The notes: generated by a model from the sequence alone, not told the origin. A stretch of 64,000 nt of DNA from Coriobacteriia bacterium (GCA_035687245.1 DASRYH010000008.1:23713-87712), one strand, 5' to 3'; counted from the first letter of the stretch, positions 52,467-61,796 are shown. Translations and numbers: made by a program.

Positions 52467-53522
52467 ATGGCGCGACTCGCCAGCCGCCTCATCACGATCG
52501 TCTCGCTCTCCGTGGCTCTCGTCGCGGGTCCGCTGTCGTCGGCCGCCTTCGGCTGGTCCAACGGCCCTGCTGCAGGAGGCGTGGTCGGCAACGGCTATGG
52601 CACTCATGACTGGGTGATCGATCAGGCAGTGCGGCTGGCCGGGCCCGACGCCGCGTGGCTGGATGCGTCAGCGGCCCGTCTGCACTCAGACGACCCGGAT
52701 AAGAAGCCGAAGTCCGATCAGCTCAACCACATCTACAACCTCACCCGCACCGGCTGTGGCGGCCCTCAGACGGTTGCGAACCTCTACTACGAGGCTGTCG
52801 TGGCCTACCGCGAAGGCGATACGCGGCGAGCAAGCGAGCTGGTGGGTGAGCTGTCGCACTACTACGCCGACATCTGCCAGCCGTATCACACCTACAGAAA
52901 CGACCTCAGCGCCCGCGTGGCAGCCGAGCACCGCCGCTATGAGCTGGCGGTCGACAGGTCGCACAACGGCGCCGGCTGGGTGCGCAGCTGGATCACGCCC
53001 GCCGCACGTCACACGTCCTTCGACGTCCGCGGCCGGGCTGTCTCGGCCGCACTTGCGGCTCGCAAAGACTACCCAGCCCTGAAGTCGGCGATGCGCAGAC
53101 GCGGCTACTCCTCTTCGGCTACGTCGGTCACCGGCAAGATCACACGCCGAAGACTGTCGCGCGCAGCCAATGACCTCGCCGACATCATCGCCTCGATTCC
53201 CACCGGAAGCGGGCTTGCAGCCCACTCACGCATCAGGTCCGTGAAGCCGTCGCAGTCCACGCCGCGTCAGGCCGCCAACGTCGCGGTGCATGTGAAGGTC
53301 GTTGACGCGTCTGGCGTACCCGTGAGGGGCGCGCGGGTGAACTACACGTGGCATCTGGGTAGCCGCGTCACAGAGACGACGTCGTACTCGGACGCTAAGG
53401 GAGTCGCGACGTCGTGGCACTCCATGCGGTCGGCGCCGAAGGGTAAGGCGGCGGTCGTCTCCGTCGTCACGGTCACCAACTCGATCGAATCGACCGCGTC
53501 CGCGTCGGTGGTGCCGCGCTAG
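52467..53522 (+). CDS. Secreted zinc-dependent phospholipase C / P1-nuclease-fold protein with C-terminal Ig-like domain
   Basis: The signal peptide ends AAFG|WSNG, with the mature N-terminal Trp expected for Zn-PLC. GTHDWVIDQAV; HYYADICQPYH. Confidence 0.5.
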   Translation: MARLASRLITIVSLSVALVAGPLSSAAFGWSNGPAAGGVVGNGYGTHDWVIDQAVRLAGPDAAWLDASAARLHSDDPDKKPKSDQLNHIYNLTRTGCGGPQTVANLYYEAVVAYREGDTRRASELVGELSHYYADICQPYHTYRNDLSARVAAEHRRYELAVDRSHNGAGWVRSWITPAARHTSFDVRGRAVSAALAARKDYPALKSAMRRRGYSSSATSVTGKITRRRLSRAANDLADIIASIPTGSGLAAHSRIRSVKPSQSTPRQAANVAVHVKVVDASGVPVRGARVNYTWHLGSRVTETTSYSDAKGVATSWHSMRSAPKGKAAVVSVVTVTNSIESTASASVVPR

Positions 53523-53526
53523 ATGA

Positions 53527-54219
53527 GTGGCCGTCACGTTGAGTAACCAGATGACCGCGGCCCTCACTCTGGCCGCCCAGGCGTTTCTCGTCGGGCTGTC
53601 CGGCGCTATGTCGCCCGGCTCCTACCTCACCGTCACGATCGCGCGCACGCTGCGCAACGGTCCGCTCTCCGCAGCGCTGATGCTCGTTGGGCATGCGATT
53701 CTGGAGGGAGTGCTGCTCGTCGGCTTTGCCTTCGGCCTGCAAAGCTTCCTGAAGTCGCCCAGCGTGATAACCGGTCTGGCGGTTGTTGGTGGAGCGGTCT
53801 TGCTATGGATGGGCTTCGGCCTTTTGAAGGGCTCCATCAGCGGCAGCATCGCCGCCGATCTCGAGATCGCTGAAGACACCGCGATAGCCTCGGGGCACCT
53901 CGCCGCCATCTCGCAAGGCGCGATCGTCTCAATCTCGAACCCGTGGTGGACGCTGTGGTGGGCCACCATCGGCGTGAAGCTTGCGATGGACGGCCTCGCT
54001 ATCGGGCCAGCGGGCATCATCGGCTTCTTCCTAGGACACCAGCTCGCCGACGTGTCGTGGTACCTGTTCGTCATCACCGTGGTCCACCGCGGGCGCGGAA
54101 TGCTCCAGCCACGCCCATATCGCATCACGATGGGTGTGCTCGGCGGCTTCCTGCTCTACATGGGCGTGCGCTTCGTCGGCCAAGCCGTCGGCTTCGAGGT
54201 GCCCTGGCTACCGTTCTAG
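53527..54219 (+). CDS. LysE/RhtB-family amino-acid exporter
   Basis: About six TM helices; N-terminal FLVGLSGAMSPGSYLTV resembles the LysE PGP-type motif. Confidence 0.55.
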   Translation: MAVTLSNQMTAALTLAAQAFLVGLSGAMSPGSYLTVTIARTLRNGPLSAALMLVGHAILEGVLLVGFAFGLQSFLKSPSVITGLAVVGGAVLLWMGFGLLKGSISGSIAADLEIAEDTAIASGHLAAISQGAIVSISNPWWTLWWATIGVKLAMDGLAIGPAGIIGFFLGHQLADVSWYLFVITVVHRGRGMLQPRPYRITMGVLGGFLLYMGVRFVGQAVGFEVPWLPF

Positions 54220-54277
54220 CGACCGCAGGCGCAACCCTTCGGCTAGACTGATTCGGCGGAAAGGAGCGCGCGGACGC

Positions 54278-54979
54278 ATGATCTCGTTCACCGAGCTAGC
54301 AATAGGTACCGGCGGCGTCGTGTCCTGCGCCCGTTGTGGCCCGGCCACGGCCGCGGAGCCCTTCGCTGCAGACGAGTTGATCGCCCACATCGCCGCGCTC
54401 GCCGCGTCTGCCGAAGGTGACTTCAACGTTGTTCTCGGCGGCTTCGAGCCCTTTCGCCACCCAGGACTTCCTGCCCTCATCAGCGCGTGCGCTGAGTCCG
54501 GTGCCAGGCGCATCATGCTCCGCACCGACGCGGGCGCGCTGGCGAACCCCGGCAACGCCGAAGGCTGCCTCGCCGCAGGCGTTCGCGCGCTGGAGATCGA
54601 GCTTCTCGCCGAAGGGGCGCTGCATGACGCGCTTGCTGCGCGAGTGGGCCTCGGCGCGGCTGCATCGGCTGGCACGGCGGCGTTTCGGGTCGCCGCCGCT
54701 TCGGCGGGCGTCGACGTCGCGGTCTTCGGCGTTCTGCAGGCATGCCGCCACAACGCGGGCGAGCTTGCCTCAACGATCGCGGCGTTCGCCCAGTTGGGGG
54801 CTGCCGCCGTTCGCATCGAGTGCGGGCGCCTGCCGAACACGCCAGCCAACGCCGCTGCCCTCGCGGCCGCCGTGCACACGGGTGCTGTGAACCGCGTGGC
54901 CGTGAGCGTCGCTGGATACGCGGGGAATCTGCCCGCACTCGCCGATCTCGCGGCCTATCAGCTCGTGGGCGGTGCCTGA
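54278..54979 (+). CDS. Hypothetical Ala-rich protein with radical-SAM-like TIM-barrel pattern but no CxxxCxxC cluster
   Basis: ATG 54278 (AAGGAG upstream). VVLGGFEPFRHPGLPALISACAESGARRIMLRTDAGAL resembles the GGEP...TNG core of rSAM enzymes. Only a CARC pair is present. The stop overlaps the next gene (TGATG). Confidence 0.4.
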   Translation: MISFTELAIGTGGVVSCARCGPATAAEPFAADELIAHIAALAASAEGDFNVVLGGFEPFRHPGLPALISACAESGARRIMLRTDAGALANPGNAEGCLAAGVRALEIELLAEGALHDALAARVGLGAAASAGTAAFRVAAASAGVDVAVFGVLQACRHNAGELASTIAAFAQLGAAAVRIECGRLPNTPANAAALAAAVHTGAVNRVAVSVAGYAGNLPALADLAAYQLVGGA

Positions 54980-56265
54980 TGACCAAGCGGCTCACCGCAC
55001 TGCTCGTGGGTGTGAACTCGCCGGGTTACCGTTCGCTCGCGCTCGACTATCTGCAGGCGACGGCGTTGGCCGACGCCCGCCTCGACGTAGCACTCCAGCG
55101 CTTCGATGTGGGCGCCGACACTGACCCCTGGTGGACCGCCTACCGGATCCTCTCGCTCGACCCGGTGCCCGATGTCCTGGCGATGCCGGTGCTCTGCTGG
55201 ACGGCGGAGCACGTCTACACGGTCGCACGGCTGGTCAAGCAGGCCTCGCCTGGCACTCTGATAGTCGTGGGTGGCCCCGAGGTGGGCCCCATCGCCGAAG
55301 AGACGCTTGCCGAACAGCCCGCGCTCGACGCGATCGTGCGAGGCGAGGGCGAGTTCGCGTTTTGCGACCTGTTGCACTCGCACGCCCGCGGAGGCGATAT
55401 CGCCGGCGTGCCCGGCGTGACCGCGCGAGACGCCGGCCGAGTCGTTTCCGCGTCTGACCGCGAGCCGATTGCGGACCTCGACTCCATCCCGTCGCCGTTT
55501 GCTGCTGGGCTCGGCATGGCCACCGACGGCTCGGCCTACATCGAGACCTACCGCGGCTGCCCGCACCGTTGTGCCTACTGCTTCGAGGGCAAGGGCTCGA
55601 CGCGCATCCGCTCGTTCTCGTGGGAGCGCATCGCTGCCGACATCGAGGCAATCGCTGCGGCCCCGGGCCTGCAGGCATTCAGCTTCATCGATCCCGTCTT
55701 CAACCTCACGCCCGATCGCCTGGAGCGGCTCGCCGAACTCATGGCGCCGCACGTCGCGCGCGGAGTGCGCCTCCATACCATCGAGGTCGACATCGAACGC
55801 ATCGACGACGCCCAAGCCACTCTCCTCAAGCGCGCCGGCGTCGTGAGCGTCGAGACGGGCCCGCAGTCCGTGGGCGCCCGTGCGCTCGACACGTGCGCAC
55901 GCAGCTTCGACGCAGATCGCTTCCGCGCGGGCGTCGAGGCCTGCAAGCGCGCCGGCATTAGCGTGGAGTGCGACCTCATCATCGGCCTGCCGGGCGACAC
56001 CGCAGAAGACGTCGTGGCCGGACTCGATTTCGCGATTGCTCTGGATCCCGGCCGCGTCCAGCTCTCCACGCTCCACGTGCTGCCCGGCACCACGCTGTGG
56101 GACCAGGCAGCGCAGCACGGCCTCGCGTTCGACCGCAAGCCGCCCCACGAGGTCATCTCAACCGCCGAGCTTTCCTTCGGCGAGCTTCGGCGGCTTGAGG
56201 TACTTGGTAACGCCGCCGTCGCAGCCTATCGCGCCCGACTGACTCTACCCGGAGGAAGCAGATGA
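54979..56265 (+). CDS. B12-binding-domain radical SAM protein
   Basis: N-terminal Rossmann/B12-like module (ALLVGVNSPGYRSLALDYL...LIVVGGPEVG). rSAM cluster YRGCPHRCAYCFEG. Confidence 0.8.
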   Translation: MTKRLTALLVGVNSPGYRSLALDYLQATALADARLDVALQRFDVGADTDPWWTAYRILSLDPVPDVLAMPVLCWTAEHVYTVARLVKQASPGTLIVVGGPEVGPIAEETLAEQPALDAIVRGEGEFAFCDLLHSHARGGDIAGVPGVTARDAGRVVSASDREPIADLDSIPSPFAAGLGMATDGSAYIETYRGCPHRCAYCFEGKGSTRIRSFSWERIAADIEAIAAAPGLQAFSFIDPVFNLTPDRLERLAELMAPHVARGVRLHTIEVDIERIDDAQATLLKRAGVVSVETGPQSVGARALDTCARSFDADRFRAGVEACKRAGISVECDLIIGLPGDTAEDVVAGLDFAIALDPGRVQLSTLHVLPGTTLWDQAAQHGLAFDRKPPHEVISTAELSFGELRRLEVLGNAAVAAYRARLTLPGGSR

Positions 56266-57419
56266 CCGTCTCGAACCGCGCTCAGGCTATTCGGCCGTTC
56301 GTCGTCATGGACATCGTGGCGCGCGCCAAAGAGCTGGAGTCTCAGGGCCGCGACATCGTCCGCCTCGAGATCGGCGACCCCGACTTCCCGACGCCGAAGG
56401 TTATCGCGGAGGCCTGTGAGGCGGCTATCGCCGAAGGCTCCACGCACTACACGCAGTCGCTCGGCTTGCCCGACCTGCGCAGCGCCATCACCGCCGACTA
56501 CCGCACGAAGTATGGTGTCGAGATCGATCCGGAGGACATCGTTGTCTCACAGGGCACGAGTCCTGCGATGCTGCTGCTCTTCGGCGCGCTGCTGGATCCG
56601 GGCGACGAAGTCATCATGCCCGACCCGTGCTACCCCGCGTATCCCAACTACGTCTCATTCCTCGGCGGCGTGCCGCGACCGCTGCGCACCTACGCTGCTG
56701 AGGGCTTCCGCTACCGAATCGACGAGCTCAAGGCCGCCATCACGCCCCGCACCAAGGCGATCATGATCACCTCGCCGAGCAACCCCACGGGCGCTGTGTT
56801 GGGCCCCGAGGACCTCGCAGAACTCGGTCGCCTCGCCGAAGAGACGGGCGTCTATATCGCCAGCGATGAGATCTACCACGGCCTCAACTTCTGTGGCGAA
56901 GACCACAGCATTCTGCAGCACACGGACCGCGCCTTCGTCCTCAACGGCTTCTCGAAGGCCTACGCGATGACCGGCTGGCGCCTCGGCTACCTCATCGCTC
57001 CGCGCGAGTTCGTTCGCCCCGCCGAGAAGATCCAGCAGAACTTCTTCCTCGCCGCCAACGCGTTCGTTCAGCAGGCGGGCGTCGTTGCGCTTACGCAGGC
57101 GCAGGGCGAGGTGGCCCGCATGCGTGAGATGTATGACGAGCGTCGCCGATACCTCGTGCCCGCACTGCGCGAGGTCGGGCTCACGATCGACTGCGAGCCG
57201 TGCGGTGCGTTCTACGTCTTCGCCGACGCTGGCTGCTGGGACACCGACTCGCTGCGTCTGTCACAGCGGCTGCTGGAGGAGGCGGGCGTGGCGTGCGCCC
57301 CGGGTATGGACTTCGGTCCAGGCGGGGAGGGCTTCCTGCGCTTCAGCTACGCCACGGCAATGGACCGCCTCGTCGAGGGTGTCGCACGGCTCAAAGAGTG
57401 GGCCGCCGCTCAGTCGTGA
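56262..57419 (+). CDS. Class I/II PLP-dependent aminotransferase (AspC-like)
   Basis: LEIGDPDFPTP, SPSNPTG, NGFSKAYAMTGWRLGY (PLP Lys). ATGA overlap with the rSAM gene. Confidence 0.85.
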   Translation: MTVSNRAQAIRPFVVMDIVARAKELESQGRDIVRLEIGDPDFPTPKVIAEACEAAIAEGSTHYTQSLGLPDLRSAITADYRTKYGVEIDPEDIVVSQGTSPAMLLLFGALLDPGDEVIMPDPCYPAYPNYVSFLGGVPRPLRTYAAEGFRYRIDELKAAITPRTKAIMITSPSNPTGAVLGPEDLAELGRLAEETGVYIASDEIYHGLNFCGEDHSILQHTDRAFVLNGFSKAYAMTGWRLGYLIAPREFVRPAEKIQQNFFLAANAFVQQAGVVALTQAQGEVARMREMYDERRRYLVPALREVGLTIDCEPCGAFYVFADAGCWDTDSLRLSQRLLEEAGVACAPGMDFGPGGEGFLRFSYATAMDRLVEGVARLKEWAAAQS

Positions 57420-59086
57420 TAGTGATGGCGGTGGCGGAAGCGCCGCCAGAACATCGACAGGAAGAACCAGACGCCCACGCCGAAGCTGCAGACGAGCGTG
57501 ATGCTCGCGATCCACTCGAGCCACCACGGGATCGCCGAGCGCGCAAGCAGCCAGCTGAAGCCCAACACGAACGACGCGACGATCAACGCGAACGCCAGGC
57601 GATCGACGAGGGTCTCAACGCGGGCGAGCATCGGGTCGAAGCCGCCGGGGCGGATCGTCATGCGCAGGTCACCGTCGCCCACTCGCTTGAGAGCGTTGTT
57701 CACGTTGTCGGGCAGTCCGTTGAGCGCCTTCGTGGCTCGTCGCAGGGTGCTCAGCAGCCCGGTGGCCATGGCGGTCGGCTTGATCTGATCTTCGACGATT
57801 CTGCGGGCGAACGGCTGCACGGACTCCACGAAGTGGAACTGCGGGTCGACTGCGGTGCCCAACGACTGAATCGTGCCCAGCGTCGTGAGCAGGAGCGCGA
57901 ACTCTGAGGAGAGCGTTAGCCCCCGCCGTCCAATCAACGCCATGACCTCGGTGACGAGCTCCGTTGTGTCTACTTCATTGAGCCGCAGGTCGTAGTACTT
58001 GTTGATGAGCTTGCCCACATCGCGCTTGAGTCCCACGATGTCGATGTCCACGGTGCCATTGCTGGCCTCGAGCAGGATGTCGCCGGCCAGATCGCCGTCG
58101 CGGTCGATGATCGCTACGAGGAGATCCGCTACCAGCGTGCGCGCCTTGTCGGAGAGCGAACCCGCGCGGCCGAAGTCGGTGAACGCCACGCGCCCGTCCT
58201 CAAGTGCGAAGAGGTTTCCGGGATGCGGATCGGCGTGATAGAAGCCGTAGATGAAGATCTGCTCGTAGTAGCAGGTGATGCCCCGACGAGCGATTTCGTG
58301 CCGGTTGAAGCCGTGTGCGTCGAGCTCCTCAAGGCGGTTGAAACCGATGCCGTCGACGCGCGCCATCGTGAGAACCGTCGAGCAGGTCAGGTCCCAGAAT
58401 ACCCTCGGGAAGTAGACGGTCTCGTCATCGGCGAACAGGATCCCTAACCGCTCGAGGTTCTGCGCCTCGTTGACGTAGTCGCACTCCTCACGCAGTACGC
58501 GGGAGAACTCCTCAGCGAGCCCTACGAGGTCGTAGCGGCGTCCCACATCGGTGCGCCCCTCGATGCGGCGAGCCTGCGTGCGCATGATGTCGAGGTCGGC
58601 TTCGATGACCTCGTGGATGTCAGGACGCTGGACCTTGACCGCCACAGGCGTGCCATCGAGCAGGACCGCGAAGTGCACCTGGCCGATGCTGGCAGCCGCG
58701 GCGGGGATGGGGTCGAAGCTCTTGTACAGCTCGTCGAGCGGAGCGCCGAAAGCGTCCTCGATCTCGCGGCGGGCGTCCTCGAAAGGAAACGGCTCCATCT
58801 CGTCTTGCAGCTTGGCGAGTTCCGCGGCGTACGAGGGCGGGATGATGTCGGAGCGCACGGAGAGCAGCTGACCGATCTTGGCAAACGTCGGCCCGAGGCG
58901 CTCCATCGTTCGGCGGAGGCGCTGCTCGGGACTCATGCCATCCTCATGGGCACGCTCGTCGCCGCGGCGCAGCACCGATACCCATGGCGCACGCATCCCG
59001 AGCTGATCGAGCAGCGTGCCGAAGCCTTCGTCCACGAGGACGGTGACCACACGCCGGTAGCGCTGACTGCGGCTGATCGTCGCCAT
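57410..59086 (-). CDS. ABC1/UbiB-family atypical kinase with C-terminal TM helices
   Basis: LGPTFAKIGQLLSVRSDIIP, AAASIGQVHFAVL, HADPHPGNLF. Start taken at MATISRSQRY. Confidence 0.8.
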   Translation of the reverse strand: MATISRSQRYRRVVTVLVDEGFGTLLDQLGMRAPWVSVLRRGDERAHEDGMSPEQRLRRTMERLGPTFAKIGQLLSVRSDIIPPSYAAELAKLQDEMEPFPFEDARREIEDAFGAPLDELYKSFDPIPAAAASIGQVHFAVLLDGTPVAVKVQRPDIHEVIEADLDIMRTQARRIEGRTDVGRRYDLVGLAEEFSRVLREECDYVNEAQNLERLGILFADDETVYFPRVFWDLTCSTVLTMARVDGIGFNRLEELDAHGFNRHEIARRGITCYYEQIFIYGFYHADPHPGNLFALEDGRVAFTDFGRAGSLSDKARTLVADLLVAIIDRDGDLAGDILLEASNGTVDIDIVGLKRDVGKLINKYYDLRLNEVDTTELVTEVMALIGRRGLTLSSEFALLLTTLGTIQSLGTAVDPQFHFVESVQPFARRIVEDQIKPTAMATGLLSTLRRATKALNGLPDNVNNALKRVGDGDLRMTIRPGGFDPMLARVETLVDRLAFALIVASFVLGFSWLLARSAIPWWLEWIASITLVCSFGVGVWFFLSMFWRRFRHRHHYHD

Positions 59087-59342
59087 ACCCTGCCCGTTTC
59101 CCCTCGATGCGGCGCGGCGCGGACACCCACGAAGAGCTTGCGTCCGGCCGCAGTCCACCCTTCGACGAACCTACCGAGAAGGGTATACCTCCGCGGCCCC
59201 AGATAGCGACAGACATCTTCGAAGGCGGCGAAGCCACCGCCATCTGCCGTTCGGCCAGTTCCGCACGCCTGTGGCTCTTGCCGTCCGCCGAATCTGCCGA
59301 TACCGACCGTGTGGGGAATCACGGAATGGCTTAGGCTTTGCA

Positions 59343-60122
59343 ATGGTTGATGCGAACGGCCAAGCTAGAGGGGCCCGCATCCGTCTCCCAGGGGGATACG
59401 CGAACGTGACGACTGTCCATAACGGCAAAGCGGATCTGCACATCCACTCGGACCACTCAGACGGTCTTGCAAGTATTCCTCAGATCATGGAGTACGTTGC
59501 GCACCACACCGATCTCGACGTCATCGCGATCACCGACCACAACACGATGGAAGGTGCGCGCTTCGCCAAATCCCTCTCCGAGCTCTACGACTTCGATGTC
59601 GTACTGGGCGAGGAGGTCTCTTCGAAAGAGGGTCACGTTCTGGGCCTCTGGATCGAGGAAGAGATACCCGCCGGCATGAGCGCCCGCGATACGGTGCGCG
59701 CCATTCAGGAGCAGGGCGGTATCGCCATCATCGCCCACCCGTTCTCGGCGCAAGGCGTCTTCGGTCCCTTCGGCAAGAACCTGCTCGCTGAAGCCTTCAA
59801 CGACATGGCGTTCCATGCCCTTGAGGTTGCGAACTCGCTGCCGTACCTGGACTGGGCAAACGGCGTAGCCCGCAAGATGATGGGCGGGCTCGGCATCGCG
59901 GCGACCGGCGGCTCAGACGCCCACGTGCTCGCGGCCATCGGCAAGGGGTACACGCTCTTCAACGGAACGAGCGAGGACGACCTGCGTGGCAGCATAGAGC
60001 GCCTTGAGACGCGCGCGGAGACCGCACCTGGTGGCCTTTCGCTGATGTGCCGCTACGCCTTCCGCTACCCACAGATCCGTGTCATGCAGTCGTGGAACTG
60101 GGAGCGCTGCAAGGCTCGCTAG
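59343..60122 (+). CDS. PHP-domain metal-dependent phosphoesterase
   Basis: DLHIHSDHSDG, AITDHNT, IAHPF, GGSDAH. Confidence 0.75.
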   Translation: MVDANGQARGARIRLPGGYANVTTVHNGKADLHIHSDHSDGLASIPQIMEYVAHHTDLDVIAITDHNTMEGARFAKSLSELYDFDVVLGEEVSSKEGHVLGLWIEEEIPAGMSARDTVRAIQEQGGIAIIAHPFSAQGVFGPFGKNLLAEAFNDMAFHALEVANSLPYLDWANGVARKMMGGLGIAATGGSDAHVLAAIGKGYTLFNGTSEDDLRGSIERLETRAETAPGGLSLMCRYAFRYPQIRVMQSWNWERCKAR

Positions 60123-60149
60123 GGTCTGTGGTGCGCGCTGGCGTGTGTG

Positions 60150-61433
60150 TCAGAGCTCGCCGTCCACGCGCTCGGCCAACTCCGCCACGAGCCTTGGATC
60201 GTCGCTCCACGCTGGGAGCGTCACCACCGTAACTGATGAGTCGATGCGCGCTTGATGCACCGCCAACTCGGTGTCGAGCCGCGTTGTGATGGTGTCGAGC
60301 GGGAACGTGCCAGGCACCACGACGATTCGCCTGCAGCCAAGCGCTGCCAGATGCCGCACGGTGTTGATCAGGTCCGGCGCGCGCCACTCTGCCCATGCGA
60401 TGTGTACGTTGTCTTCGGCGACTCCGGCGTCCGTGAGCTGCATCCTAACGCGGCTCAGCAGCGCGTTCTCCTGGATGTCGAAGTCGGGATGCAGCCTGGC
60501 TAGCGTCTCAGGCTGGCCTTGGCCGAGCAGGATGACACCGGTACCAGCCGCATCCTCGGTCACGCGCAAGATACGCTGAACGAGCATGCTCACGATGCGT
60601 TCCGAGGCGCCGATCGGCGAAGTGAAGGCGACTCTCACGCCATGGTCTTGCAACCTCAGTGCGTCAGTCTGGCGCTTGGCGTCGGCGAGATCGCGCGAAT
60701 CGCCCACGGCTAGTTCGGCCGCGACGATCGTCTTGAAGCCCGCGAGCGCGAGCGACTGCACGCGCGAAGCCAGTGACGACTCACCCTCACACGTCGCGTA
60801 CTCGATGCGTTCGACTCCCTTGAGGCTGTGAGAGAGGCGGTCGGCGACGGTACGCAGCTCTGCATGCGCGGGACTGCGACCTCCCAAGGCTCGGTAACGC
60901 GCCTTCTGCGCGAAGAAGAGGAAGGGGAGGGTCGCCAGCGAGACGCTCACGAGGTCGTCATCGGTGAGGTCGGAAAGTGCGCGCGCGGTGTCGATGGGGT
61001 CGTATTCGGCACGCTCGATGTCGGCGAAGAGCACGACAGCGACGCCTTCACGCTCCGCCTCGATGGTCTGAGGCGCGAGGGTGACGGACTCAGCCCGCTC
61101 GCCCGCGCGTTCTAGCACGGAAGCGGCAAGCGCCCAGCCGCCAGCTGCCGCCGCGAGCATGAACGCGACCGCATAGACCGCCACGTCCACCCGCTCGTAG
61201 GTTCTCGCGAGGGAAGCGAGGGTGTAGATCGAGAACGCGAAGGAGGCGACGCCCACGATAGCCGCCAAGATCTCGAGCTGTCTCTTGACCACCAGGATCG
61301 CTACGCACGATGCACCAGTGACAAATGCTCCGGCGACGAGCAGGACCCACGACCACGGAATCTCAATCACCCCCTCAGATGTTCGTGATGATACTCGCAT
61401 GGGACTCGCGTTGTTGACAGAGACATACCCCAT
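60150..61433 (-). CDS. Membrane-anchored ferrochelatase-fold protein lacking canonical catalytic His/Glu
   Basis: About three N-terminal TM helices. KARYRALGGRSPAHAELRTVADRL matches the ferrochelatase RY..IGG.SPL block. ILLGQGQPE stands in place of SAHSLPE, and GTFPLDTITTRLD in place of GFVADHLEVLYD. ATG 61400 is an alternative start. Confidence 0.5.
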   Translation of the reverse strand: MGYVSVNNASPMRVSSRTSEGVIEIPWSWVLLVAGAFVTGASCVAILVVKRQLEILAAIVGVASFAFSIYTLASLARTYERVDVAVYAVAFMLAAAAGGWALAASVLERAGERAESVTLAPQTIEAEREGVAVVLFADIERAEYDPIDTARALSDLTDDDLVSVSLATLPFLFFAQKARYRALGGRSPAHAELRTVADRLSHSLKGVERIEYATCEGESSLASRVQSLALAGFKTIVAAELAVGDSRDLADAKRQTDALRLQDHGVRVAFTSPIGASERIVSMLVQRILRVTEDAAGTGVILLGQGQPETLARLHPDFDIQENALLSRVRMQLTDAGVAEDNVHIAWAEWRAPDLINTVRHLAALGCRRIVVVPGTFPLDTITTRLDTELAVHQARIDSSVTVVTLPAWSDDPRLVAELAERVDGEL

Positions 61434-61443
61434 GGGGTATACA
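61414..61443 (+). promoter_or_regulatory. Near-consensus promoter for trxA: TTGACA-N18-TATACA
   Basis: TTGACA at 61414-61419 and TATACA at 61438-61443, about 35 nt upstream of the trxA ATG. Confidence 0.55.
61425..61440. promoter_or_regulatory. CsoR-type operator, perfect 16-bp palindrome ATACCCCATGGGGTAT
   Basis: It lies in the spacer/-10 region of the trxA promoter and overlaps the ATG of the divergent ferrochelatase-like gene. Arms are near-identical to the box at 62286-62302. Confidence 0.55.
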
Positions 61444-61478
61444 AACCATTGTAATCGTGACTAGGAAAGGGACGGCAC

Positions 61479-61796
61479 ATGAGCAATGCAATCGATGTGA
61501 CCGCAGCGTCCTGGGCGACCGAAGTCGCCCAGTCCGACGTACCGGTTGTCGTGGACTTCTGGGCGCCGTGGTGTGGCCCCTGCCGAATGGTCGGTCCTGA
61601 GATCGACAAGCTCGCCGAACGCTTCGGCTCGGCGGTCAAGTTCGTCAAGGTGAACATCGACGAGAACCAGCAACTCGCAGTGAAGTACGGCGTCATGAGC
61701 ATCCCGACGATCGGGAAGTTCGTCGGCGGCGAGCTGGCAGCCTCCGTTGTCGGCGCTCGGGGCGCTGACGCGCTCGCTCGCGATCTCGCGCTCTAG
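61479..61796 (+). CDS. trxA: Thioredoxin
   Basis: VDFWAPWCGPCRMV active site; 105 aa. Confidence 0.9.
   Translation: MSNAIDVTAASWATEVAQSDVPVVVDFWAPWCGPCRMVGPEIDKLAERFGSAVKFVKVNIDENQQLAVKYGVMSIPTIGKFVGGELAASVVGARGADALARDLAL

Noticed and set aside
54134-54277. 5' extension of the rSAM-like ORF overlapping the end of the LysE gene
   Set aside because: The extension is Ser/Arg/Cys-rich, overlaps an upstream membrane-protein gene in another frame, and precedes an internal ATG with an AAGGAG SD at 54261-54266.
54742-54978. 5' extension of the B12-rSAM ORF (track start 54742)
   Set aside because: The extension overlaps the upstream gene out of frame. ATG 54979 forms a TGATG coupling junction and begins the B12-domain homology (MTKRLTALLVGVN).
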